From Pristiophorus japonicus (Eukaryota), in contig NC_091984.1 in assembly GCF_044704955.1 (NCBI RefSeq), positions 153,202,001-153,266,000 on the forward strand: DNA of 64,000 nucleotides, in the 5' to 3' direction. Shown piece after piece: positions 24,505 to 38,627 of this stretch. A model generated the notes under the pieces. It made no database searches. It was not told the origin of the DNA and saw only the letters and a list, made by a program, of their open reading frames with translations. Each line of letters starts with the position of its first letter. Positions within the stretch are counted from its first letter, which is position 1. The position numbers and the translations under genes are program-made.

Positions 24505-27500
24505 CGACATCCAGTTGAGTAATATTGTCACCAAGAGGATTACAACCGCTATCCAGAGGAGCAATACCGACAACAGAGGAGTAATACCGACACCCAGAGG
24601 AGTAATACAGACATCCAGAGGAGTAATACCGACACCCATAGGAGTAATACCAACATGCAGAGGAGTAATACCAACACCAAAGGAGTAATACCGTCACCCA
24701 GATGAGTAATACCGAAACGCAAACGAGTAATACCGACACCCTGATGAGTAATACCGACATGCAGCGGAGCAATGCAGAAACCCAGAGGAGCAATACCGAC
24801 ACCCAGTTGAGTAATTCCGTCACCCGCCGGTGTAATCCCGACACCCAGAGGAGTAATACCAACCCAGAGGAGTAATACCAACACCCAAATGAGTAATATC
24901 GACACACAGAGGAGTCATACCGACACCCAGACGAGTAATACCAAACCAGAGGAGTAATACCGCCACCCACAGGAGTAATAGCTTCACCCCGAGGAGTAGT
25001 ACCTAAATCGAGAGGAGTAATACTGTCACCCAGAGGAGTAATACCGATATCCAGAGGGGTAATACGGTCACCCAGGGGAGTTATACTGTCAACAAGAGGA
25101 GTAATACCAACACCCAGAGGAATAATACCGATATCCAGAGGAGTAATACCATCACCCAGACGAGTAATACCGTCACCCAGTGGAGTAATACCGTCACCCA
25201 GAGAAGTAATACTTTCACCCAGAGGATTAATACCGAAAAGCAGAGGAGTAAAACCGTCGCGAAGAGGAGTAATACCGTCACCCAGAGGAGCAATAGCGAC
25301 ATCCAGAGAAGTATAATTGACATGCAGAGGAGTAATACCGACACCCAGACGAGTAATACCGTCACCCAGAGGACGAATACCGACATCCAGCGAAGTAATA
25401 CCGAAATCCACGTGAGTAATACTTTCACCCATAGGATTAATACCGAAAAGCAGAGGAGTAAAACCGGCGCGAAGAGGAGTAATACCGACACCCAGATGAG
25501 TAATACCGACACCAGAGGAGTAATACCGTCACCGTGAGGAGTAATATCGACATCCAGAGGAGTAATACCGTCACAACGTGGAGTAATACCGACACCCATA
25601 GGAGTAATACCGATACCCAGAGGAGTAATGCCATCACCCAGATGAGTAATACCGACAACCGGAGGAGCAATACCAAAACCCAGCTGAGTAATGTCATCAC
25701 ACAGTGGAGTAATACCTACACCCAGAGGAGAAATATCAACATCCAGAGCAGCAATACCAATACTCAGAATTGTAATACTGATATCCAGAGAAGTAATACC
25801 GTCACCCAGAGGAGTAATACCGAAACGCAGAGGAGTAAAACCATCAGGAAGAGGATTAATAACATCACGCAGATGAGTAATACTGTAAACCAGAGGATTA
25901 ATACAGACGCCACAGGATTAATGCAGACACCCAGGTGAGTCATATTGTCAGCCAGAGGAATAATACTGATAACCAGAGAAGTAATACCGTCATCAAGAAG
26001 AGTAATATTGTCACAAAGAGAAGTAATACCGACAGCCAAAGGAGTAATCTCGACACACAGAGGAGTAATATTGCTACTCAGGTGAGTACTGCCGACACAC
26101 TGAGGACTAATACTGTGACCAGAGGAGTAATACTGTCAACAGGTGGTGTAATACCGAGTCCCAGAGGAATAATACCGGAACACAGATGAGTAATGCCATC
26201 GGCCAGAGGAGTAATACCTACATCCAGAGGAGTAATACTGCCACCCAGAGGAGCAATACCGGCAGCCAGAGGAGTAATACCGACATCCACACGAGTAAGA
26301 CCGTCGCCCAGAGGAGCAAGACCGACACCCTGAGGACTAATACCGACACCCATAGGAGTAATGCAGACACACAGAGGATTAATATCGACATCCAGAGGAG
26401 CAATACCAACATTCTGAGGAGCAGTAACTACACCAAGAGGAGTAATACCGAGATCCAGAGGAGTAATAGCGACACCCAGAGGTGTAATACCGACACTCAG
26501 AGGCGTAATACCGAAATCCAGAGGTTTGATGCCGTCATTCAGAGAAGTAATACTGTCATCCAGAGGAATAATACCGAATAGCAGGGAAGCAAAACCTTCA
26601 CGAAGAGGAGTAATACAGTCACCCAGAGGAGCAATACCGACACCCAGAGGAGTGATATCGTCAGCCAGAGGTGTAATACCGACATCCAGAGAAGTAATAC
26701 CACCATCCAGAGGAGCAATACTGTCGCCAACAGGAGAAATACCGATGCCCAGAGGAGTAATACCGACATGCAGAGGTGTAATACCAACTCCCATAGGAGT
26801 AATACTGTCACCCACAGGAGTAATACAGACACCAGATTGTTAATACCGACACCCAGATGAGTAATATTGTCAGCCAGAGGAGTAATACTGATAACCAGAC
26901 GAGTCATACCGTCACCCAGAGGAGTAATATTGTGACAGAGAGGATTAATACCGACAGCCAGAGGAGTAATCCCGTCACCCAGAAGAGTAATATTGTCACC
27001 CAGAGCAGTACTACCGACACACTGAGGAGTAATAATGTCACCCAGAGGAGTAATACTGTCACCCAGTGGAGTAATACTGAGACCAAGAGGAATAATACTG
27101 TCACCCAGAGAGTAATACCGACAGCCAGAAGATTAATATCGTCATCTAGAGGAGTAGTACTGACACCGAGAGGAGCAATACCGCCACCCAGACGAGTAAT
27201 AGCGTCACCCAGAGAAGTAATGCCGATACCCAGAGGAGTAATGCTGTCGACCAGAGGAGTATTACCAAAACCCAGATGAGTAATGCCATCGCCCAGAGGA
27301 GTAATACCTACATCCAGAGGAGCAATACTGACACCCAGAGGAGCATTACCGACAGCCAGAGGAGTAATACCGGCATCCACATGAGTAAATCCGTCACCCA
27401 GACGAGTAATACCGTCACCCAGAGAAGTAATGCCGATACCCAGAGGAGTAATACTGTCGACCAGAGGAGTAATACCAGAACCCAGATGAGTAATGCCATC

Positions 27501-30500
27501 GCCCAGAGGAGTAATACCTACATCCGGAGGAGCAATACTGACACCCAGAGGAGCAATAGCGACAGCCAGAGGAGTAATACCGACATCCACAGGAGTGGAT
27601 CCGTCACCCAGAGGAGCAAAGCCGACACCCAGAGGAGTAATACCGACACCCAGAGGAGTAATGCAGACACACAGAGTATTAATATCGACATCCAGAGGAG
27701 CAATACCAACATTCGGAGGAGCAATAACTACACCGAGAGGAGTAATACCGACATCCAGAGAAGTAATAGCGACACCCAGAGGTGTACTACCGACACTCAG
27801 AGGCGTAATACCGAAATCCAGAGGTTTGATGCCGTCATCCAGAGAAGTAATATTGTCATCCAGAGGAATAATACCGAATATCAGGAGAGCAAAATCGCCA
27901 CGAATAGCAGTAATACCGTCACCCAGAGGAGCAATACCGAAACCCAGAGGAGTGATATCGTCACCCAGAGGGGTAATACCGACATCCAGAGAAGTAATGC
28001 CACCATCCAGAGGAGCAATACTGTCGCCAACAGGAGATATACTGGCACCCATAGGAGTAATACCTACAACCAGAGGAGTAATACCGACAGCCAGAGGAGT
28101 AACACCGAGAGGCGGAGGAATAATCCCGTCACCCAGAGGAGTAATATTGTCTTCGAGAGCAGTACTACCGACATACTGAGTAGTAATACTGTCAACCAGA
28201 GGAATAATACTGTCACCCAGTGGATTAATACTAAGACCCAGAGGAATAATACTGTCACCCAGAGACTAATACCGACAGCCAGAAGAGTAATATCGACATC
28301 TAGAGGAGTAGTACCGACACAGAGATGAACAATACCGCCACCAAGACGAGTAATACCGTCACCCAGAGAAGTAATACCGATACCCAGAGGAGTAATGCCG
28401 TCACCCAGATGAGTAATACCGACAAAAAGAGGAGCAATACCAACACCCAGAGGATTAATACTGTAACCAGAGGAGTAATACCGAAAACCAGATCAGTAAT
28501 GTTGTCATCCAGATGAGTAATACCTACATCCAGAGGAGCAATACCGACACCCATAGGCGCAACACTAACACAGAGATGAGTAATACCGATTTCCAGAGGT
28601 GTAATACCATCACCCAGAGGAGTAATAACGAAACGCAGGGGAGTAAAACCGTCACGAAGAGGAGTAATGCCATCACACAGAGGAGTAGTACTGTCACCCA
28701 GAGGAATAATACAGACACCACATGATTAATACAGACACCCAGATGAGTAAATATTGTCAGCCAGAGCAATAATACTGATAACCAGAGGAGTAATGCCGTC
28801 ACACAGAAGAGTAATATTGTCACCCAGAGAAGTAATACCGACAGCCAGAGGTGTAATCCCGACTCCCAGAGGAGCAATAATGCCACCCAGATGAGTACTA
28901 CCGACACACTGAGGACTAATACTGTGACAAGAGGAGTAATACTGTCAACCGGAGGAGTAATACCATCACACAGAGGAGTAATACTGTCACCCATAGGAGT
29001 AATACAGACACCAGATTATTAATACCTACACCCAGATGAGTAAAATTGTCAGCCAGACGAGTAATACTAATAACCAGAGGAGTAATACCGTCACCCAGAG
29101 GAGTAATATTGTCACCAAGAGTAGTAATACCGACAGCCAGAGAAGTAATCCCGTCACCCAGAGGAGTAATATTGTCACCCAGAGCAGTACTACGACACAC
29201 TGAGAAGTAATACTGAGACCCAGAGGAATAATACTGCCACCCAGAGAGGAATACCGACAGCCAGTATAGTAATATCGACATCTAGAGTAGTACTGACACC
29301 GAGAGGAGCAATACCGCCACCCAGACGAGTAATACCGTCAACCAGAGAAGTAATACCGATACCCAGAGGAGTAATGCCGTCACCCAGATGAGTAATTCCG
29401 ACAACCAGAGGAGCAATACCAACACCCAGAGGACTAATACTGTAACCAGAGGAGAAAAACCGAAAACCTAATCAGTAATGCCTTCATCCAGAGGAGTAAT
29501 ACCTACACCCAGAGGGGCAATACCGACACACAGAGGAGCAACACCGATACCCAGAGGAGTAATAAGGATTTCCAGAGGTGTAATACAGTCACCCAGAGGA
29601 GTAATGGCGAAACGCAGGGGAGTAAAACCGTCACGAAGAGGAGTAATGACATCACACAGAGGTGTAATACTGTCACCCAGAGGAGTAATACAGACACCAC
29701 ATGATTAATACAGACACCCAGATGAGTAATATTGTCAGCCAGAGCAATAATACTGAAAACCAGAGGAGTAATACCGTCACCGAGAGGAGTAATTTTGGAA
29801 CCCAGAAGAGTAATACCGACAGCCAGAGGAGTAATTCCGACACACAGAGGAGTAATATTGTCACCGAGATGAGTACTACCGAAACACTGAGGAGTAATAC
29901 TGTGACCCAGAGGAGTAATACTGTCACGCAGAGAGTAATACCGACAGCCAGAGGCGTACTATCGACATCTAGAGGAGTAGTGCCGACACTGAGAGGAGCG
30001 ATATCGTCACCCAGATGAGTAATGTCGTCACCCAGAGGAGTAATACCGATATCCAGAGGAGTAATGCCGTCACCGAGTTGAGTAATCCCGACAACCAGAG
30101 GAGCAATACCAATACCAAGAGGAGTAATACTGTCGACCAGAGGAGTAATACCGAACCCAAGATGAATAATGTCATCACCCAGAGGAGTAATACCTACACC
30201 TAGAGCAGCAATAATGACACACAGAGGAGCAATACCGTCAGCCGGAGGAACAATAACGACACCGAGAGGAGTAATACCGTCACCCTGAGGAGTAATAGCT
30301 ACACCCTGATGAGGAATAGCGACACCCAGAGGCGTAATACAGAATTCCAGAGGGGTGATGCCGTCACTCAGAGAAGTAATACTGTCACCCAGAGGAATAA
30401 TATCGTACAGCAGTGGAGCAAAACGGTCACGAAGAGGAGTAATATCTTCACCCAGAGGAGCAATATCGAGACCCAGAGGAGTGATACCGACACCGAGTTG

Positions 30501-33500
30501 AAAAATACCGACACCCAGATGAGTAATACCGACACCAAGAGGAGTAATACCGATACTCAGACGAGTAATACCAAACCAGAGGAATAATACCGCTACCCAG
30601 AGGAGTAATAGCTTCACCACGAGTAGTAATAACTTCATCCAGAGGAGCAATACTGTCACCCAGAGGAGAAATACCGATATCCAGAGAAGTAATACGGTCA
30701 GCCAGGGGAGTTAAGCCGTCACTGAGAGGAGTAATACCGACACCCAGTGGAATAATACCGACATCCAGAGGATTAATACCATCACCCACAGGAGTAATAC
30801 CGTCACCCAGAGGAGTAATACCGTCACCCAGGGGAGTAATACCGACATACAGAGGCGTCATTCCGACACGCAGAATTGCAATACTGACATCTAGAGGAGC
30901 AATACCGACATCCAGAGGAGCAATACTACACCGAGAGGAATAATACCGACACACAGAGCAGTAATACCCACACCCAGAGATGTAGTACCGAAACCCAGAG
31001 GACTAATACCCTCAGCCAAAGGAGTAATATCGACATTTAGAGGAGGAATACCTACATCCAGAGGAGTAATGCCGACACCCAATGGAGTAATACCGACACC
31101 CAGATGATGAATACCGACATCCAGAGGAGTAATACCGAAACGCAGTGGAGTAATATCGACAACCAGGCGAGTAATAACAACCCAGAGGAGTAATACCGTC
31201 ACCCAGAGATGCAATATCGACACCCAGAGGAGTAATACCGAAACCCAGAGGAATGATTCCGTCACCCAGAGGAGTAATACCGACATGCAGAGAAGTAATA
31301 CCAACACCCAGAGGAGTAATACCGTCATCCAGAGGAGTAATAACGAAACGCAGAAGAGTCAATCCCACAACCAGAGGAGTAATACCGACACCCACCGGAG
31401 CAGGACTGAGATGCAGGGGAGCAATACCGACGCCCAGTTATGTAATACGTCACCCGGAAGAGTAATCACGACACCCAGAGGAGTAATATGAACCCAGAGG
31501 AGTACTACGGACACCCAGAGGAGTAATATCAAAGCAGAGGAGTAAAACCGCTACCCAGAGGAATAATAGCGTCACCCCGAGTAGTAATACCTTCATGCAG
31601 AGGGGTAATACTGTCACCCAGAGGAGTAATACCTATATCCAGAGGAGTAATACGGTCACTCATGGGAGTTAATCCGTCACCGAGAGGAGTAATAGCGACA
31701 CCCAGAGGAATAAGACCGACATCTAGAGGATTAATACCATCACCCAGAGGATTAATACCGTCACCCAGTTGAGTAATACCGTCACCCAGTGGAGTACTAC
31801 CGACATCCAGAGGAATAATAATGATACACAGATGAATAATAACGTCTCCCAGAGGAGTAATACCGACATCCAGATGAATACTACTGACATCCAGAGGAGT
31901 AATACCGTCAGCCAGAGCAGTAATACCGACAACCAGAGATGTAGTACCTAAACCCAGAGGACTGATACCCTCAGCCAGAGGAGTAATACCGACATTTATA
32001 GAAGGAATACCGACATCCAGAGGAGTAATGCCGACACCCAATGGAGTAATACCGACACCCAGATGATGAATACCAACATCCAGAGGAGTAATACCGACAC
32101 GCAGTGGAGTAATATCGACAACCAGGCGAGTAATAACAACCCAGAGGAGTAATACCGTCACCCAGAGATGCAATATCGACACCCAGAGGAGTAATACCGA
32201 CACCCAGAGGACTAATACCGTCACCCAGAGGAGTAATACCGACATTCAGAGAAGTAATGCCGACATGCAGAAGAGTAATACTTTCAACAAGACGAATAAT
32301 ACCGACACACAGAGGAGTAATACGACAACCACAGGAGTAATACCGACACCCAGAGTAGTAATACCGACATCTAGAGGAGTAATACAGTCACCAAGTGGAG
32401 TAATACCGACACGCAGAGGTATAATACCGAAATGTAGAGGAGTAATACCAACACCAAGACGAGTAATACCGTCACCCAGAGGAGTAATACCGACACCCAG
32501 CGAAGCAATACCGAGACACAGAGGAGCAATACCGACAACAAGTTGAGTAATACCTTCACCCAGAAGAGTACTACCGATACCCAGAGGAGTAATACCGACA
32601 CCCGGAGGAGCAATACTCTCATGTAGAGGACTATTACCGATATCCAGAGGAGTAATACGATCACCCAGGGGAGTTATACCGTTACCGAGAGGAGTAATAC
32701 CGACACGCAGAGGAATAATACAGACATTCAGAGGAGTAATACCATCACCCAGATGGGTAATAGCATCACCGAGAGGAGAAGTACTGTCACCCAGGGGAAC
32801 AATACCGACATCCAGAGAAGTAATACCGATAGCAGAGGAGTAATCCCGACATCCAGAGGAGTAACACCGACACCCATAGTAGTAATGTAGACACCCAGAT
32901 CAGTAATAACGACATCCAGATGAGTAATACCGTCATCCAGAGGAGTAATACGGACATCCAGATGAGTAATGCCGACATCCAGAGAAGTAATACCGTCATC
33001 CAGAGGAGTAATACCGTCATCTAGAGGAGTAATACGGACATCCAGATGAGTAATGCCGACATCCAGAGGAATAATACCGTCACCCAGAGGAGTAATACTC
33101 TCATACATGGGAGTCATTCCGACGTCCAGAGGAGTAATACCGTCACCCAGAGGAGTAATACAAACACCCAGAGGACTAATATCGACACCCAGAAGTGCAA
33201 TACCGACACTCAGAGGAGCAATACCGGCACCGAGAGGAGTAATACCGACACCCAGATGAGTAATAGCGACAACCAGAGGAGTAATACTGACAACCAGGGC
33301 AGTAATTCCGAAATCCAGAGGAGTAATACCGTCACCCAGAGGAGCAATACCGACATCCAGAGAAGTATAACTGACATGGAGGGGAGTAATACCGACACCC
33401 AGGCGAGTAATACTTTCACCAAGCGGAGCAATACCGACACCCAGAGGAGTAAGAATGACACCAGAGGAGTAATACCGACACCCAGAGGAGTAATACGGTC

Positions 33501-36500
33501 ACCGAGGAGTAATACAAACACGCAGCGGACTAATATCGACACCCCTAAGTGTAATACCGACACTCAGAGGAGCAATACCGGCACCGAGGGCAGTAATTCC
33601 GAAATCCAGAGGAGTAATACCGTCACCCAGAGAAGTAATACTTTCACCCAGAGGAATAATACCGAAAAGCAGAGGAGTGAAACCGTCGCGAAGAGGAGTA
33701 ATACTGTCACCAAGATTAGCTATACCGAGACCCAGAGGAGTGATACCGATACCGAGAGGAGAAATACCGACACCCAGTGGAGTAATACCGACACCCAGAG
33801 ATGTAGTACCGAAACCCAGAGTACTAATACCCTCAGCCAGAGGAGTAATACCGACATTTAGAGGAGGAAAACCGACATCCAGAGGAGTAATGCCGACACC
33901 CAGTGGAGTAATACCGACACCCAGATGATGAATACCGACATCCAGAGGAGTAATACCGACACGCAGTGGAGTAATATCGACAACCAGGCCAGTAATAACA
34001 ATCCAGATGAGTAATACCTTCACCCAGAGATGCAATATCGACACCCACAGGAGTAATACCGACACCCAGAAGACTAATTCCGTAACCCAGAGGAGTAATA
34101 CCGACATTCAGTGAAGTAATGCCGACATCCAGTGGAGTAATACTTTCACCCAGTGGATTAATACCGAAAAGCAGAGGAGTGAAACCGTCGCGAAGAGGAG
34201 TAATACCGTCACCCAGAGGAGCAATACCGACATCCAGAGAAGTATAACTGACATGCAGGGGAGTAATACCGACACCCAGACGACTAATACTGTCACCCAG
34301 AGGACGAATACCGACATCCAGAGAAGTAATACCGACATACAGATGAGTAATACTTTCACCAAGCGCAGTAATACCGACACCCAGAGGAGTAGGAATGACA
34401 CCAGAGGAGTAATACCGACACCCAGAGGAGTAACACCGTCACCCAGAGGCGTAATACAAACACCCAGAGGACTAATATCGACACCCATAAGTGTAACACC
34501 GACAATCAGAGGAGCAATACCGGCACCGAGAGGAGTAATACCGACACCCAGAGAAGTAATACTTTCACCCAGAGGATTAATACCGAAAAGCAGAGGAGTA
34601 AAACCGTCGCGAAGAGGAGTAATACCGTCACCCAGAGGAGCAATAGTGACACCAAGAGAAGTATAACTGACATGCAGAGAAGTAATACCGACACCCAGAC
34701 GAGTAATACCGTCACCCAGAGGACGAATACCGACATCCAGAGAAGTAATACCGACATCCAGGTGAGTAATACTTTCACCCATAGGATTAATAACGAAAAG
34801 CAGAGGAGTAAAACCGGCGCGAAGAGGAGTAATACCGACACCCAGAGAAGTAATACCGACACCAGAGGAGTAATACCGACACCGAGAGGAGTAATACCGA
34901 CATCCAGAGGAGTAATACCGTCACAACGTGGAGTAATACCGACACCCATCGGAGTAATACCGACATGCAAAGGAGTAATACCAACACCAAAGGAGTAATA
35001 CCGTCACCCAGAGGAGTAATACCGAATCCTAAAAGAGTAATACCGACATCCTGAGGAGTAATACCGACACGCAGCGGAGCAATGCAGAGACCCAGAGAAG
35101 CAATACCGAGAACCAGTTGAGTAATTCCTTCACCCGGCGGTGTAATCCCGACACCCAGAGGAGTAATATTGTCACCCAGAGGAGTACTACCGAAACAGTG
35201 AGGAGTAATACTGTGACCCAGAGGAGCAATACTGTCAACCAGTGGAGTAATATCGAGACCCAGAGGAACAATACTGTCACGCAGAGAGTAATACCGACAG
35301 CCAGAGGAGTGCAATCGACATCTAGAGGAGTAGGACTGACATTGAGAGGAGCGATACCGTCACCCAGAGGAGTAATACCAACCCAGAGGAGTAATACCAA
35401 CACCCAGATGAGTAATATCGACACACAGAGGAGTCATACCGTCACCCAGACGAGTAAGACCAAACCAGAGGAGTAATACCGCCACCCACAGGAGTAATAG
35501 CATCACCCCGAGTAGAAGTACCTAAATCGAGAGGAGTAATACTGTCACTCAGAGGAGTAATACCGATATCCAGAGGTGTAATACGGTCACCCAGGGGAGT
35601 TATACTGTCAACAAGAGGAGTAATACCAACACCCAGAGGAATAATACCGATATCCAGAGGAGTAATACCATCACCCAGAGGAGTAATACCGTCACCCAGT
35701 GGAGTAATACCGTCACCCAGAGAAGTAATACTTTCACCCAGAGGATTAATACCGAAAAGCAGAGGAGTAAAACCGTCGCGAAGAGAAGTAATACCGTCAC
35801 CCAGAGGAGCAATAGCGACATCCAGAGAAGTATAACTGACATGCAGAGAAGTAATACCGACACCCAGACGAGTAATACCGTCACCCAGAGGACGAATACC
35901 GACATCCAGAGAAGTAATACCGACATCCAGGTGAGTAATACTTTCACCCATAGGATTAATACCGAAAAGCAGAGGAGTAAAACCGGCGCGAAGAGGAGTA
36001 ATACCGACACCCAGAGAAGTAATACCTACACCAGAGGAGTAATACCGACACCGAGAGGAGTAATACCGACATCCAGAGGAGTAATACCGTCACAACGTGG
36101 AGTAATACCGACACCCATAGGAGTAATACCGACATGCAAAGGAGTAATACCAACACCAAAGGAGTAATACCGTCACCCAGAGGAGTAATACCGAATCCCA
36201 AAAGAGTAATACCGACATCCTGAGGAGTAATACCGACACGCAGCGGAGCACTGCAGAGACCCAGAGAAGCAATACCGAGAACCAGTTGAGTAATTCCTTC
36301 ACCCGGCGGTGTAATCCCGACACCCAGAGGAGTAATATTGTCACCCAGAGGAGTACTACCGAAACAGTGAGGAGTAATACTGTGACCCAGAGGAGCAATA
36401 CTGTCAACCAGTGGAGTAATATCGAGACCCAGAGGAACAATACTGTCACGCAGAGAGTAATACCGACAGCCAGAGGAGTACAATCGACATCTAGAGGAGT

Positions 36501-37909
36501 AGGACTGACATTGAGAGGAGCGATACCGTCACCCAGAGGAGTAATGTCGTCACCCGGAGGAGCAATACCGATACCCAGAGGAGTAATGCCGTCACCGAGA
36601 TGAGTAATCCCGACAACCAGAGGAGCAATACCAATACCAGAGGAGTAATACTGTCGACCAGATAAGTAATACCGAAACCCAGATGAGTAATGTCACCACC
36701 CAGAGGAGTAATACCTACACCTAGAGCAGCAATAATGACACCCAGAGGAGCAATACCGTCAGCCGGAGGAACAATAACGACACCGAGAGGAGTAATACCG
36801 ATATCCAGAGGAGTAATAGCGACACCCAGAGGAGTAATAGCGACACCCAGAGGCGTAATACAGAAATCCAGAGGGGTGATGCCGTCACCCAGAGAAGTAA
36901 TACTGTCATCCAGAGGAATAATATCGTACAGCAGTGGAGCAAAACGGTCACGAAGAGGAGTAATACCTTCACCCAGAGGAGAAATATCGAGACCCAGAGG
37001 AGTGATACCGACACCGAGAGGAGAAATACCGACACCCAGACGAGTAATACCGATACCAAGATGAGTAATACCTATACCCAGACGAGTAATACCAAACCAG
37101 AGGAATAATACAGCTACCCAGAGGAGTAATAGCGTCACCACGAGTAGTAATGCCTTCATCCAGAGGAGTAATACCGTCACCCAGAGGAGTAATAATGACA
37201 TCTAGAGGAGTAATACCGACATCCAGAGGAGCAATACTACACCGAGAGGAATAATACCGACACACAGAGCAGTAATACCGACACCCAGAGATGTAGTACC
37301 GAAACCCAGAGGTCTAATACCCTCAGCCAAAGGAGTAATACCGACATTTAGAGGAGGAATACCTACATCCAGACGAGTAATGCCGACACCCAATGGAGTA
37401 ATACCGACACCCAGATGATGAATACCGACATCCAGAGGAGTAATACCGACACGCAGTGGAGTAATATCGACAACCAGGCGAGTAATAACAACCCAGAGGA
37501 GTAATACCGTCACCCAGAGATGCAATATCGACACCCAGAGGAGTAATACCGAAACCCAGAGGAGTAATACCGACATGCAGATAAGTAATACCAACACCCA
37601 GAGGAGTAATACCGTCATCCAGAGGAGTAATAACGAAACGCAGAAGAGTGAATCCCACACCCAGAGGAGTAATACCGACACCCACCGGAGCAGGACTGAG
37701 ACGCAGGGGAGCAATACCGACGCCCAGTTGTGTAATACGATCACCCGGAAGAGTAATCACGACACCCAGAGGAGTAATATCAACCCGGAGGAGAACTACG
37801 GACACCCAGAGGAGTAATATCAAAACAGAGGAGTAATACCGCCACCCAGAGGAATAATAGCGTCACCCCGAGTAGTAATACCTTCATGCAGAAGAGTAAT
37901 ACTGTCACC
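24494..37909 (-). repeat. 21-bp satellite array in reverse orientation; left arm of a 13.4-kb inverted repeat
   Basis: Monomers read GACACCCAGAGGAGTAATACC. ORFs here have mirror ORFs in 38628-52043 with coordinate sum 76537 and matching translation (e.g. 26904..28052- / 48485..49633+, 29673..30659- / 45878..46864+, 37323..37823- / 38714..39214+). Confidence 0.97.
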
Positions 37910-38109
37910 NNNNNNNNNNNNNNNNNNNNNNNNNNNNNNNNNNNNNNNNNNNNNNNNNNNNNNNNNNNNNNNNNNNNNNNNNNNNNNNNNNNNNNNNNNN
38001 NNNNNNNNNNNNNNNNNNNNNNNNNNNNNNNNNNNNNNNNNNNNNNNNNNNNNNNNNNNNNNNNNNNNNNNNNNNNNNNNNNNNNNNNNNNNNNNNNNNN
38101 NNNNNNNNN
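37910..38109. other. Assembly gap (200 N)
   Basis: Run of exactly 200 N. A round fixed length is typical of a scaffolding placeholder, so the true distance and relative orientation of the two contigs are unverified. Confidence 0.99.
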
Positions 38110-38627
38110 GTTATTTCGCGCTGGTTGTCGATATTACTCCACTGCGTGTCGGTATTACTCATCTGGATGTTGGTATTCATCATCTGCGTGTCGGTATTAC
38201 TCCATTGGGTGTCGGCATTACTCCTCTGGATGTCGGTATTCCTCCTCTAAATGTCGGTATTACTCCTCTGGCTGAGGGTATTAGTCCTCTGGGTTTATGT
38301 ACTACATCTCTGGTTGTCGGAATTACTGCTCTGGCTGACGGTATTACTCCTCTGGATGTCGGTAGTATTCATCTGGATGTCGGTATTACTCCTCTGGGAG
38401 ACGTTATTATTCATCTGTGTATCGGTATTATTCCTCTGGATGTCGCTAGTACTCCACTGGGTGACGGTATTACTCCACTGGGTGACGATATTAATCCTCT
38501 GGGTGATGGTATTAATCCTCTAGATGTCGGTCTTATTCCTCGGGGTGTCGCTATTACTCCTCTCGGTGACGGATTAACTCCCATGAGTGACCGTATTACT
38601 CCTCTGGATATCGGTATTACTCCTCTG

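Noticed and set aside
37886-38275. ORFs spanning the N run
   Set aside because: Artefacts of translating N as X.
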